NCBI GenBank assembly: GCA_038087875.1
Contig: CM075996.1
Span: forward strand, 9,984,001 to 10,048,000
Direction of reading: 5' to 3'
Source: Malacoraja senta
Lineage: Eukaryota
DNA length: 64,000 nucleotides
Part shown: one piece after another, positions 1 to 11,135 of the stretch
How the letters are laid out: each line of letters opens with the position of its first letter
Position numbering within the stretch: the stretch's first letter is position 1
Made by a program: the position numbers and the translations under genes
The notes under the pieces: model-generated
What the model saw: the letters and a program-made list of their open reading frames with translations, nothing else
Database searches by the model: none
What the model was told of the DNA's origin: nothing

Positions 1-371
1 AAAGAAGAAAAAGAAAAAAGTTAGATAATGAAAAATAGAAATATGTGAGATATATAAGGTGTGTGAAAAAGAAAAATAGAGAGTGAAAAAAGAAAGTTAA
101 GACATAGAAAATAGAAGAAGAGAGTAAAAGAAGAAAAGAGAAGAAAAGAAAATAGAAGTAAGGAGATCATTTATAATCTTGACCATCCCTCACCCAATCA
201 CGGATTAGCTTTTACACCTGTGTTGCACCATATGTTTCCAAAAAGACGACAAATGGAGACCAACTCGTTATGAATTGGTCAAATTTATCTATTAGGAGGA
301 ATCGCATTTCCTCAAGATGTGCGGTATCCAACATACTTGCAATCCACATTTTGAGCGTTGGTATTGGTGCG
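1..371 (-). mobile_element. L1-type LINE 3' end (ORF2 C-terminus plus T-rich 3' UTR)
   Basis: Minus strand 371-212 reads APIPTLKMWIASMLDTAHLEEMRFLLIDKFDQFITSWSPFVVFLETYGATQV-stop, matching the fish L1 ORF2 ending pattern P..W..LE..R..F..W.PF. Confidence 0.7.
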
Positions 372-751
372 CAGTAAGCGGCAAATTCTCATTTCGTATT
401 CTAACAGCAAAACTGTGAACAATAGGGCAACTTCTCTATTTAACAATTCAGCAAAAAAGAAATTGTGATAAAGATGCTAAGAAAATGAGCATTTGCTATA
501 ACACTGCTGGCAGCAATGGCTTTCATGCTTAACAGCAACATAAACATGGGGAATGAATCCAACGGTGGTTGGCAGGTAACATCTTAAAAATATGTGGCCC
601 TCCTTTTACACAAGCTAGGCACTAACATCAGAATAAAACAGCATTACTGTGCAATATTTAGCACCATTGTACAGGTTCTCTCTCCTGCCCTGTGTAAATG
701 GCAAGCATAATCAAAGGAAATTGTACACGGGGCTTTGTTTTTATATTTCAG

Positions 752-831
752 TGTTGAAGTTGTGAGATCGTCACTGGCCTATGTCGATGTGAACTTCTTC
801 CTTGGAAAAGTTTGCTTTCTTGCCGTTGGGG
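752..831 (+). CDS. Internal coding exon (80 nt, phase 2 to 1) of an unidentified host gene
   Basis: Acceptor ctttgtttttatatttcAG and consensus donor G|GTAAGT. Reads VEVVRSSLAYVDVNFFLGKVCFLAVG without stops and joins exon 3113 in frame (G+AC = Asp). Confidence 0.75.
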
Positions 832-1033
832 GTAAGTTCAGAGCGATGGAAATGATTTGAATTCCTGGTGCGGCACTCATGTGCAACTCCCTGCTCTCCT
901 TTCCCTGTCTCTTGTACTCCTCAAGCCAGATCTTCCATCGCCAGCACACTGGGACAGTTTTTAGACTCACCTTCAAGTTCCTTTTAACCGTGGACGAAGC
1001 TGACTCCTGGTTCAGGGTTGCAAAAATAATCAA

Positions 1034-1339
1034 TTTAGTTTAGTTTAGAGATGCAGCGCGGGAACAGGCCCTCCGGCCCACCGAGTCTGCACCGACCAGC
1101 GATACCCGCACATTAACACTATCCTACACACATTAGGGACAATTTTACATTTATACCAAGTCAATTAACCTACAAACCTGTACGTCTTTGGAGTGCGGGA
1201 GGAAACCGAAGTTCTCGGAGAAAACCCACGCAGGTCACAGGGAGAACGTACAAAGTCTGTACAGACAAGCACCCGTAGTCAGGATCGACCCCGGTCTCTG
1301 GTGCTCTAATGCAATAGCTCTAACACTAACCCACCGTGT
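1034..1339 (-). mobile_element. HE1-like tRNA-derived V-SINE
   Basis: tRNA-like head with B box (GGTCGATCC variant), central gtacgttctccc...cctccc..ccaaagac domain, CR1-like 3' end and (TAAAC)n tail. Confidence 0.85.
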
Positions 1340-1419
1340 TGTTGATCACAAATAATCTAATTAGATTTAAATCTAATCTTGAAATTCGACAGTGACCCAA
1401 AATCAAATTTGGATTAAAT

Positions 1420-1740
1420 GTGTAGGAAGGAACTGGAGATGCTGATTTCTGGCGAAGATAGACACAAAATGCTGGAGCAACTCAGCAGGTCAGGCGGCAT
1501 CACTGGAGAAAAGGAATAGGTGACGTTTCAGGTCGAGACCCTTCTTCAGACTGAGCGATTTTGTAGGGGAATGGACAAAATGTGGGAAGGAACTGCAGAT
1601 GCTGGTTTACGCCAAAGATAGACACAAAATGCTGGAGTAACTCAGCGACTCAGTCTGAAGAAGGGTCTCAACCCGAAGCGTCACCGTTTCCCCAGTGATT
1701 TTGCCTGACCCGCTGAGTTACTCCATCATTTTGTGTCGAA
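1420..1740. mobile_element. Cluster of Penelope terminal-repeat (pLTR-like) elements with hammerhead core, both orientations
   Basis: Units aggaactgcagatgctgg...gtgacgtttcaggtcgagacccttcttcagact on minus; inverted copy at 1652-1737. Confidence 0.75.
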
Positions 1741-1980
1741 TTTAGGTTTAGTCGGGTTTGGTGAGAAAGTGAGTTTACAGGGTGGACAATGAAGCACAGG
1801 TGAAGGTCAGATTCTGCAGGATGGGTTGGAGAGCACTATGTACAGCAGTAGGATCATGGTGTGTGTAAAGTTGTGTTCACTGCTGACTGAAGATTAATGG
1901 TGGGAGGTCCAGAGTGTAGTCATGAAGTATATCTCCACAGCTGTAAGGGAAAGTATTCACATGGGGATTTAGCATTGCAA

Positions 1981-2220
1981 CAATAGCCAATAGGTGCAGG
2001 AGTAGGCCATTCGGCCCTTCGAGCCAGCACCGCCATTCAATGTGATTATGGATGATCATCCCCAATAAGTACCCCGTTCCTGCCTTCTCCCCATATCCCC
2101 TGACTCCGCTATCTTTAAGAGCCCTATCTAGCTCTCCCTTGAAAGTATCCAGAGAACCGGCCTCCACCGCCCTCTGAGGCAGAGAATTCCACAGACACAA
2201 CTCTGTGAGAAAAAGTGTTT
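1981..2220 (-). mobile_element. CR1-clade LINE 3' end
   Basis: LWNSLPQRAVEAGSLDTFKGELDRAL motif, 3' UTR and ctattg-type tail as in the copy at 46580-46814. Confidence 0.9.
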
Positions 2221-3112
2221 ATCCTCATTGGGGCATTGAGTATAAGCGTTAGAAAGTCATAATGTGGGCTGAAGGGACTTTTTGTGTGTTATTCTGTTCA
2301 ATGTTCTAAGCTTTAAAAGACTTGGGTAGGGCTGCATTTGGGGTATTACTTGCTGTTCTGGTCACTATTGCTTTGTTAAAATTATATATTGTTCCTAGTG
2401 TGTGTAGGATGGTGTTAGTGTGCAGGGATCGCTGGTCAGCGTGAACTTGGTGGACCAAAGGGCCTGTTTCCATGCTGTGTCTCTCAAGCTACAAACTAAA
2501 ACTAAATACCTATTTCATTCTCTGTTTAGTTTATTGTCCCGTGTACCGTGGTTTGGTGAAAGCTTAAGCAGGAGCATTATAGTTACATCAGGGAGATTCT
2601 TCATGCAGATTGCCGTGTTGATGTAAATGATCGCGCCCCATTCCATGTATCTGCAGCAGTGCAGCCGAGAGTCATTGCAGGAATGATGTGGAGGATTGTA
2701 AAGGCATTTGGAAGAGGTTGACCAGAATGCTGCCTGGATTAGAGGGCGTTAGGTAATAGGAGGTTGGACAAACCTGGATTGAAGGGGAGACCTTATAGAA
2801 GGATGTAAAATTATGAGTCATAGACAAGAGCAGACAGTCAAAACCTTTTTTCCAGAGTGAGAGGAGCAAAGATCAGCAGGACAGTGGAGGGTGCCTGGAA
2901 CGAGCAGTCAGAGACGCTGGTGGAAACCGATACACTAGTGCCACTTAAGAGGCTCTTAGAAAGGCTCGTGGATATGGAGAAATACGGATCACGTGCTGGC
3001 AGAGGAGATTCATTATAATCTATTATCATGTTTGACACTGACATTATGGATCAACGGCGTTTCTGTGCTGTACTGTGTAAGTAATTCTGATGTTTCTGTT
3101 TTTTTGCCATAG

Positions 3113-3204
3113 ACAAGTCTGTTAAACACCAGGTAGTGGAGATGTACACTCTGAAGCAACTGGCAGATTCCTACTTGAGCCCTCTAATTCCTGCTGAGCT
3201 TGAG
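3113..3204 (+). CDS. Internal coding exon (92 nt, phase 1 to 0) of the same gene
   Basis: Acceptor tgtttctgtttttttgccatAG, donor GAG|GTATGA. Reads (D)KSVKHQVVEMYTLKQLADSYLSPLIPAELE. Unique sequence between TE fragments. Confidence 0.75.
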
Positions 3205-3507
3205 GTATGAGTAGTTATGAAAATGACTGTGGCATGTTAGCTGTGGCGCTTCTGTTCTATATGAACAGTGTCATTTCCACTTTTGGAGTATCTCTGTGCC
3301 TTGTCTTCAAGTGTCTTTCACCCATTCTGTGTTTCCGAATCTGGCTGAGAAGTGTATATAGAAGTGTAGTGTTGAGCTTTAAAGGTTGAATAAAACTTGT
3401 TTTTGATTTTTAACGCCACATGGCTGATGACGCAGGTGGTGATAGTCGTAGGGAAGCAGTGCTTCCTGGCTTCAGCTCGTGTGAGAAACCAGCACTATTC
3501 TGAGAGT

Positions 3508-3695
3508 GCAGCAAGGAACTGCAGATGCTGGTTTAAACCGAAGATAGACACAAAAAGCTGGATTAACTCAGCGGGACAGGCAGCATTTCTAGAGAGAAGG
3601 AATGGGTCAGACTGATCAATCCGAACAAGGGTCTCAACCCGAAACATCACCCATTCCTGCTGCCTGTCCTGCTGTGTTACTCCAGCATTTTGTGG
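3508..3695. mobile_element. Fold-back Penelope pLTR element with 13-bp TSD
   Basis: Minus copy followed by plus copy; CTATTCTGAGAGT at 3495-3507 and 3696-3708. Confidence 0.75.
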
Positions 3696-4030
3696 CTATT
3701 CTGAGAGTTTCCTTTTGATCACTGGCAAACTGAACTCTCTCCCAAAATGTGTTGCCACCTTCTGGTTTGTGATGGTGCTGTCTTCCAGCTCCAATCTGGG
3801 AAGCTGGGTTGTTCTGGACCCTCAGCTTCAGTGCTGCAGGGATGCATGGAGTGGGGTGCTATCATGTCCAACAACAACAGGGGAATCTGCATGATGAATC
3901 TCCCTGCTATAACTATAATGCAGCTGCAAAAGCTTTTCGTTGAAGCTTGGTGCACGTGACAATAAACAAAACTAATCTGAGAATGAAATGGGTATTGATC
4001 TCAATTCTGATCAGAAAGAGCATCAGCCTC

Positions 4031-4326
4031 AGTTTTTAGCTTGAGCGATACAGCTCGGAAACAGGCCCTTCGGCCCATCAGGTCCGTGCCGACCAGCCAT
4101 TCCCATACACTTGCACTATCCTACACACAGAGGAACAATTTACAATTTTACCAAGCCAATTAACCTACCAACCTGCATGTCTTTGGAGTGTGGGAGGAAA
4201 CCAGAGTAAACCCACGCGATCACAGGGAGAACGTACAAACTCCGTACAGACAGCACCCTTAGTCAGGATCGAACCCGGGTCTCTGGCGCTGTGAGGCAGC
4301 AACTGTACTACTGCGCCACCGTGCCG
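4031..4326 (-). mobile_element. HE1-like V-SINE
   Basis: Full-length: GGCACGGTGGCGCAG A-box head, GGTTCGATCC B box, central domain and tail. Confidence 0.85.
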
Positions 4327-4579
4327 TTGCAAAAGGTGAAACCCGTTTACTTGTTGTCATCAGTGCAATGTAAAGATGTCTTTGAAGAGAAGAAATGAAC
4401 TAAGGGGACATTTAGTTTGCATTCAGAACTGAAAGCTTGCAATGTTTAATAAGTCAGTTACCTTTCCTCAGTAAGACCTGGCTCGTTGGTCAAAACCTGA
4501 ATATTTTAGTATAAGATTGAAGATATATAGACTTTTCCAATATAGGGTAGGGATGGGGGTAGGGATTACACCAGAGCTC

Positions 4580-5606
4580 TTTAGAAAGGATAATGGGAGG
4601 AATTTCTTTAGGGTAATGAGGGTGATGAATCTGTGAAATTCATTGCCACAGAAGGCTGTGGAAGCCCTCGATGGATATTTTTAAGGCGAGGATTGACAGA
4701 TTCTTGATTAGTCCGGGTGTCCGGGGTTATGGGGAGAAGGCAGGAGAATGGGTTGAGGGGGAAAGATAGATCAGCCATGATTGCATGGTCTTGTAGACTT
4801 GATGGGCCAAATGGCCTATTTCTGCTCCTAGAACCTATGAACCAGCCATGAGATTGTCATTGCATCTTGATAGCAGAGTTCTACTCTATTGGAGAAAGGA
4901 TTCAAATCAGATGAGGAGTAGCACTGCTTGGAGATGATGCAGTGAGATGGAATAAGGGTCTTCATAAAGTGCAACTAAGGTAGAGTAGTGAAGACCAAAT
5001 ATGTATGCTGCATGCATTGGTTGGGGCATTGAGTCAGGAAGTCACCATGCAGCTTAGTTTCGTCCAGGTTTGGAGTATTGCGTGCAATTCTGCTTGTCCC
5101 ATTCCAGGAAGGATATGGAGGCTTTGGAAAGGGTGAGGAGGATGTTTACCAGGATGCTGTCTGGATTTAAGGGGTGTTAGCTGCAGGGAGAGGTTGGACA
5201 GACTTGGGCTGTTTACACTGGAACGCCAGAGGTTGAGGGGAGACCTGATAAAAGTATATATAATTATGGGAGGCATAGATAGGATAGACGGATAGAATCT
5301 TTTTTTCCCAGGATGAAAATATCAACTGCTAAATGGCACAGTTTTAAGATGGCAAGGGGAAAGTTTAAAGGATATGTGTGGGGCAAGTTTTTTTACTTTA
5401 CACAAGTGTCTGGAAAACGCTTCCATGGATGGTGGTGGAGGCAGACATGATAGTGTAATTTCAGAGACTTTTGGATAGGGACATGGATATGCAGGGAATG
5501 GAAGGACATGGATCACGTGCAGGCAGATAAGAGGTGGTCTTGGCACTGTGCACGGCACAGACATTGTGGGCTAAAGGCTGTTCCTGCGCTCTACATTCAA
5601 TGTTCA
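4580..5606 (+). mobile_element. Two degraded CR1 3' fragments (about 4580-4840 and 5025-5606)
   Basis: Homologous to the CR1 ORF2 C-terminus (LEYCVQF, RGDLIKVYII) and 3' UTR; many disruptions. Confidence 0.75.
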
Positions 5607-5738
5607 ATCAGCCCCTGAACCTGGGCAGCATCAGGACTCATTGTACAAGTTGTGGAATGTCTAATATTCTTTCTGTTTGCCAGGAGAGTTCAGTTGGGCT
5701 CGAGTGACTTTACCTTTTCCTCATTTCCATTTCTTCAG

Positions 5739-5963
5739 TCCACCGAGAGAAGAGCGGCGATAGCCAAGAGACTCCTTCAGATGCTGAAGGTTGCAGCCGG
5801 ACTGGTCCCGGGAGTCTCAGCCCTTGCTCTCAGCTCATTGATTAGACCTTCCTTCAAGACTGAGGCAGCGAAAGCTAAACAGTGTATCTCCAATGGGCAT
5901 CTCCAACCTCAGCTTCTGAAGCTACCCAACTCGAACCTACTTTATATATCGAACTTCATTTGA
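5739..5963 (+). CDS. Probable terminal coding exon of the same gene
   Basis: Long pyrimidine tract ending ttcttcAG. Phase 0 reads STERRAAIAKRLLQMLKVAAG...NFI-stop, the same frame as ORF 5652-5963. The 3' limit is less certain than the acceptor. Confidence 0.6.
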   Translation, partial: STERRAAIAKRLLQMLKVAAGLVPGVSALALSSLIRPSFKTEAAKAKQCISNGHLQPQLLKLPNSNLLYISNFI

Positions 5964-6560
5964 TATTTAAATTTCAAATGTGTTTTGAAATGCTTCCAAG
6001 GCCCATTTTTCAATGAATGAATTTGGAATTATTCATCTTAACTTTGTTTGCTTTGAGACATTGGGTGGTGAATGTGCATGGGGTGGACTTGGTGGTTTCA
6101 CCACCAGGCACCATGAATGCCATGTACAGAATGTATAGAGCAACACTAGAACAGGTCCACCACCGACTTTCCGGTAACTGGTGGTCTGGCACCTCCTTTA
6201 ATCTAGACAAAATCACCAGAGCACACTTGAAATCCCCCCCCCCCCCAGAAGACCCCCGAAAATGTGCCGCCTAGGCTGGTTGAGGCGGCCGATCTCGACC
6301 TTATCAGGACTTTTGCGCCGATCAGTGGGTTGAAATAACCTCTGGACTCTGGAACTCCGGCTCTGCCTCGGAGCCGGCAGATCCGTTCCCGTAGCCAAAG
6401 TCCGAGGCTGACTTTATGGACCGGTATCGTGACTCCCTGGTGGCCGAGGCAGACTGTTCTGCTCCCGTTGGACTCCTCTCAGAGGCAAAACGGAAAATCC
6501 AGAAAGGCTGTGAAGCTAAGCGTGCCGGAAAGTCAGTGATGGACTTGTATGTCGATGACC

Positions 6561-6566
6561 AATAAA
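6561..6566 (+). promoter_or_regulatory. Candidate polyadenylation signal AATAAA
   Basis: AATAAA about 600 nt after the putative stop codon; position only, no transcript evidence. Confidence 0.3.
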
Positions 6567-6663
6567 AAATGACCCATGTGGGAGTGGGGGTGGGATTGAG
6601 AATAGAGTGAACTTTAAAATCAAATGGGGAATTTTGTGATAGAATTCAACATAACATAACAAA

Positions 6664-6755
6664 GGTACACAAAAATGCTGAGAAACTCAGCGGGTGCAGC
6701 AGCATCTATGGAGCGAAGGAAATAGGCAACGTTTCGGGCCGAAACCCTTCTTCAG
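6664..6755 (-). mobile_element. Solo Penelope pLTR element with intact hammerhead core and 15-bp TSD
   Basis: ACATAACATAACAAA at 6649-6663 and 6756-6770; nearly identical to the copies at 14132-14230 and 59622-59715. Confidence 0.8.
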
Positions 6756-7226
6756 ACATAACATAACAAATGTTGATCTTCAATCGGGTTTCTTTGGAAG
6801 TGTTTTCCAACTCCAATTCCGGTGAAGCTTGTAAAATAACACAGTGCACGATAGAACTGATATATACATTAAACATTTTGCCAGTTTCAAATTAAGTTTG
6901 TCTCTAAGGGGTTTTCTAATTGTGATTTAATGGGAAATGGCTGGAGGAGCTGATTGCTTTACAATCAATGTGGGGAAAGACCAACATTCAAATGTAGTCC
7001 CCTTCCACCTCTATCCCTCTGCCTTTATATTTCACTTCTTTTTATCTGGCACCTTTTTGTCTCCTTTTATTCTCTAGCCTTGTCACTTGCTCCACACATC
7101 TGCCAATCAACCCCCCCAAACCTGTATCTACCTATCACTTTCCAGGCTATCCACCTATCACTTGCCCCCTCCTCTCGTTTCCAGCCTTCTTTCCCCCCCC
7201 CCCCGCTACAATCAGTCTGAAGATGG

Positions 7227-7763
7227 TGTAGTAGCCATTTAGCTTAACTCAGTATGTCATAAACTATAACCAGTCACCTTTAAATCTGCCTGTAATTATG
7301 GGATTTATTACGTAGTTGGAGGCGTGTTTGTGGCTGGGATGTTCACGCAGACACGCTAGTAGTTTTTAGTTGGTTCGGAGGAAGCATGGCGGAGAAGGCA
7401 CTGCTTTCGACCATGCACGAGTTCATCCCTGGAGTTCATCCATGCATGAGTTTGACTACGATTAAGATCATAATGTACTTAAACAAGAAGAAGTTTGGAT
7501 GAATATCTTACTGTTTTTACTTTAACAATAAAGAAACTATTAAATCAAGAGACTGTTTTGAAGATTTATCTTTCGACGGCATTGAATGTCTCGTGGAGAG
7601 CTCATGGATGCGTAAGAAACTATCTCCTTACCAGACACTCGTACTCGCACTCACTCTCGCATTCGCACTCACTCTCGCACTTGCACTCACACTCTCGCAC
7701 TCTTCCACTCACACTCTGACTAGAGGAAAAATTCCTTGAACGACATAATAATCTGCCACTACA
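7227..7763 (+). mobile_element. Solo LTR (537 bp) of an LTR retrotransposon
   Basis: TG...CA ends; terminal inverted repeat TGTAGTAGC / GCCACTACA (8 of 9 match); 5-bp TSD GATGG at 7222-7226 and 7764-7768; internal AATAAA near 7528. Interrupts a Penelope pLTR (about 7000-7840). Confidence 0.8.
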
Positions 7764-8003
7764 GATGGGCCCCAATCCAAAATGTCATGTGTCAATTCCC
7801 TCCAGATATGCTGCCTGACCGCTGAGTTCCATCAGCACTTTAATCAAATGTAGTTGGTCTTGGCCTTTTATATTCAGGTTCTGGAGAGGGCACCACAACA
7901 AAATAGTTGCCATTTTGGATCTAGGAATGAGGGAAAGTCCAGTTGTATGAAGCAGTGCTCGGGTTTAACACAGGAACCTTAGCTGTCCTATTATAGCAGT
8001 TGA

Positions 8004-8355
8004 CAGGCCTGGATAGAGTGGATGTGGAGAGGATGTTTCCACTAGTGGGAGAGTCTAGGACCTGAGGCCACAGAATAAACGGACATACCTTTAGAAAGGA
8101 AATTAGGAGGAATTTCTTTAGTCAGTGGGTGGTGAATCTGGAATTCATTTCAACAGAAGGCTGCGGAGGCCAAGTTAATGGATATATTTAAGGCGGAGAT
8201 TTGATAGATTCTTAATTAGTACGGGTGTCGGGGCTTGTGAGAAGGCAGGAGATTGGGGTTGAGTGGGAAAGATAGCTCAGTCATGATGAAATGGTGGAGC
8301 AGACTTGATGGGCCGAATGGCCTAATTCTGCTCCTATAACTCATGACCTTATGAC
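8004..8355 (+). mobile_element. CR1 3' fragment
   Basis: GLDRVDVERMFPLVGESRT motif through the 3' UTR. Confidence 0.8.
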
Positions 8356-8679
8356 AGAACCTTGATCAGGACTGCAGTTTGCCGCTTCTGACTGCAGTGT
8401 TCCTTGTACAGAAGGATTGGGAGTAGGATAGTTTGGGATGCAACGTTAAAGCCCAGAAGCAGGCGTGGTTGATGTGCAGCCTGAAAGAAATCTAAGATAA
8501 TAAGTTGTGGAGAGTTATGGATGTTGCCCGGCCCATTAACCCCCCCCCAAAAAAAACATCCCCCCCCCCCCTATTGACGTAACACTACCTCCCTAGGGCA
8601 GCCAACATTCCTTCAGGAAGAAGGGTCCAGACTCAAAACATCATCCATCCTTTTCCTCCAGAGATGTCTGACCCACTTC

Positions 8680-10090
8680 ATAAGTTCCAGGAGCAGAATT
8701 AGGCCATTTGGCCCATCAAGTCTACTCCGCCGTTCAATCATGGCTGATCTATCTTTCCCTCTCAACCCCATTCTCCTGCCTTCTTCACATAACCCCTGAT
8801 GCCCTTACTAATCAAGTACATGTTAATCTCCACCATAAAAATATTCAGTGATTTGGCCTCCACAGCCGTCTGTGGCAATGAATTCCACAGATTCACCACC
8901 CTCTGGTTAAAGTAAATCCTCCTCATGTCCTGTTTAAAGGTAGACACAAAATGCTGGAGTAACTCAGCGGGTGAGGCAGCATCTCTGGAGAGAAGAATGG
9001 GTGACGTTTTGGGTCGAGACCCTTCTTCAGACTGATGTCAGGGGAGGGGGTGTGACAAAGATAGATGTAGTTGGAGACAGTAGGACTGGTGGGAGAACTG
9101 GGAAGGGGGGAGGGGATGGAGAGAAGTCAATGTTCACACCACTGGGGTGTAAACTAGCGAAATATGAGGTGCTGTTCCTCCAATTTGCGCTGGGCCTCAC
9201 TCTGACAATGGAGGAGGCCCAGGACAGAAAGGTCAGATTGGGAATGGGAGGGGGAGTTGAAGTGCTGAGCCACCGGGAGATCAGGTAGGTTAAGACGGAC
9301 GGAGCGGAGGTGTTCAGCGAAACGATCGCCGAGCCTGCGCTTGGTCTCACCAATGTACAGAAGTTGACACCTGGAACAGTGGATACAGTAGATGAGGTTG
9401 GAGGAGGTGCAAGTGAACCTCTGCCTCACCTGAAAAGACTGCACCTCATATTTCGCTGGGGTAGTTTACACCCCAGCGATATGAACCTTGACTTCTTTAA
9501 CTTCAGATAGCCCTTGCTTTCCATCTCTCCATCCCCTCTCCCTTCCCAGTTCTCCCACCAGTCTTACTGTCTCCGCCTACATTCTTTGTCCCGCCCCGTT
9601 CCCTGACATCAGTCTGAAAAAGGATCTCGACCCGAAACGTTGCCCATTCCTTCTCTCGAGAGATGCTGCTTGTCCCGCTGAGTTACTGCAGCATTTTGTG
9701 TCTAGCTTCGATTTAAATCAGCATCTGCAGTTCTTTCTTACACTGTTTAAAGGTACGTTTGTATATTCTGGGTCTATGGCCTCTGGTCCAAGACTCTCCC
9801 ACTGGTGGAAACATCCTCTCCACATTCACTCTATCCAGGCCTTTCACTATACGGTAAGTTTCAATGAGGTACCCACTCATCCTCCTAAACGCCAGCGAAT
9901 ACAGGCCCAGTGTTTTTCAAAGGTTCATCATATGTCAACCCAATCATTCCTGGGATCATTCTCGTAAACCTCCTCTGGACTTTCTTCAACGCCTCCCTCA
10001 GATATGGGGCCCAAACTACACCAAATGTGGTCTGACCGTGCCTTATAAATCCTCAGCATTACATCCCATACCTTTGTATTCTTCAGACGT
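8680..10090 (-). mobile_element. CR1 3' fragment split by a Penelope insertion at 8943-9742
   Basis: NQRVVNLWNSLPQTAVEAKS at 8762-8930; homology resumes at 9743. Confidence 0.8.
8943..9742. mobile_element. Penelope-like element: GIY-YIG 3' fragment plus inverted terminal copy, 13-bp TSD
   Basis: Minus ORF FQVRQRFTCTSSNLIYCIHCSRCQLLYIGETKRRLGDRFAEH is a PLE endonuclease; strand switch near 9441; CTGTTTAAAGGTA at 8930-8942 and 9743-9755. Confidence 0.9.
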
Positions 10091-10450
10091 CTGTGAATCT
10101 TTCTGCCCAGCTGATCCCACACAGGTCCCGAGGACATGGCCAGGGACTCAGCCCGGGCCAGTTGATTTCTACGGATTCACCCGCAAGAAGGCCGATCTTA
10201 CGTCTGCTTCGATAACTGTTGGTACAGGCGTATCTGAGGCTGTCAGGAAGGGTGACATTCCACCATCTATTCAGAGCGGGCATAGAATCCAATGGTTCAT
10301 TGGGGGGAGCCATTGCTGCCATCGAAACAGCCCACCTTTGCGTCAGTGAGGCCGGCTCATTCCAAAAGAGTGTGTCGATGCTTAGGATTTAAATAAACAC
10401 TGCAGGTCTTTATAAATTGACATGGATAGGTTCTTGATTAGTAAGGGTGT

Positions 10451-10686
10451 CAATAGGCAATAGGTGCAGGAGTAGGCCATTCGGCCCTTCGAGCCAGCAC
10501 CGCCATTCAATGTAATCATGGCTGATCATCCACAATCAGTACCCCGTTCCTGCCTTTTCTCCATATCCCTTTACTCCGCTATCCCTAAGAGCTCTATCTA
10601 ACTCTCTCTTGAAAGCATCCAGAGAACCAGCCTCCACCGCCCTCTGAGGCAGAGAATTCCACAGACTCACAACTCTCTGTGTGAAA
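10451..10686 (-). mobile_element. CR1 3' end
   Basis: Near-identical to 1981-2220. Confidence 0.85.
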
Positions 10687-10868
10687 GAATAGAGATTTAA
10701 ATGAGTGGACTGATTCTAGTGGATGACAGTAGGTCTTGTTCTGGGACTAGCAGGCAGAATCGCCACACTCTGGTGCCACGTATAATCTTCTAACCTGTTT
10801 GTAAGAAAACGTTCTTAACAGATCCTGTACCCCTGGTTTTAAAGGCTAAGGTTCCTTTTGCACAGACA

Positions 10869-11135
10869 GGGCGGCACAGTGGACGCAGCGGTAGCGTTTA
10901 ACAGTGCCAGAGACCCGGGTTCGATCCCGACCACGGGTGCTGTCTCTACGGAGTTTCTGCGTTCTCCCCGTGTCCTGCGTGGGTTTTCTCCGAGATCTTC
11001 GGTTTCCTCCAACACTCCAAAGACGTAAAGGTTTGGAGGTTAATCGCCTTGGTTAAAATATAAATTGTCCCTAGAGTGTGTAGGATGCGGGGATCGCTGG
11101 TCCTGTTGCCGTGCTGTATCTCTAAACTAAACTAA
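10869..11135 (+). mobile_element. HE1-like V-SINE
   Basis: GGGCGGCACAGTGG head, GGTTCGATCC B box, (TAAAC)n tail. Confidence 0.85.

Noticed and set aside
6322..6580. Open minus-strand frame in a CpG-rich stretch
   Set aside because: No convincing start or acceptor, no recognisable protein, and it overlaps the putative 3' UTR.
10869..10945. tRNA gene (also other SINE heads)
   Set aside because: The A/B boxes belong to SINE heads that continue into the SINE body; no full cloverleaf.
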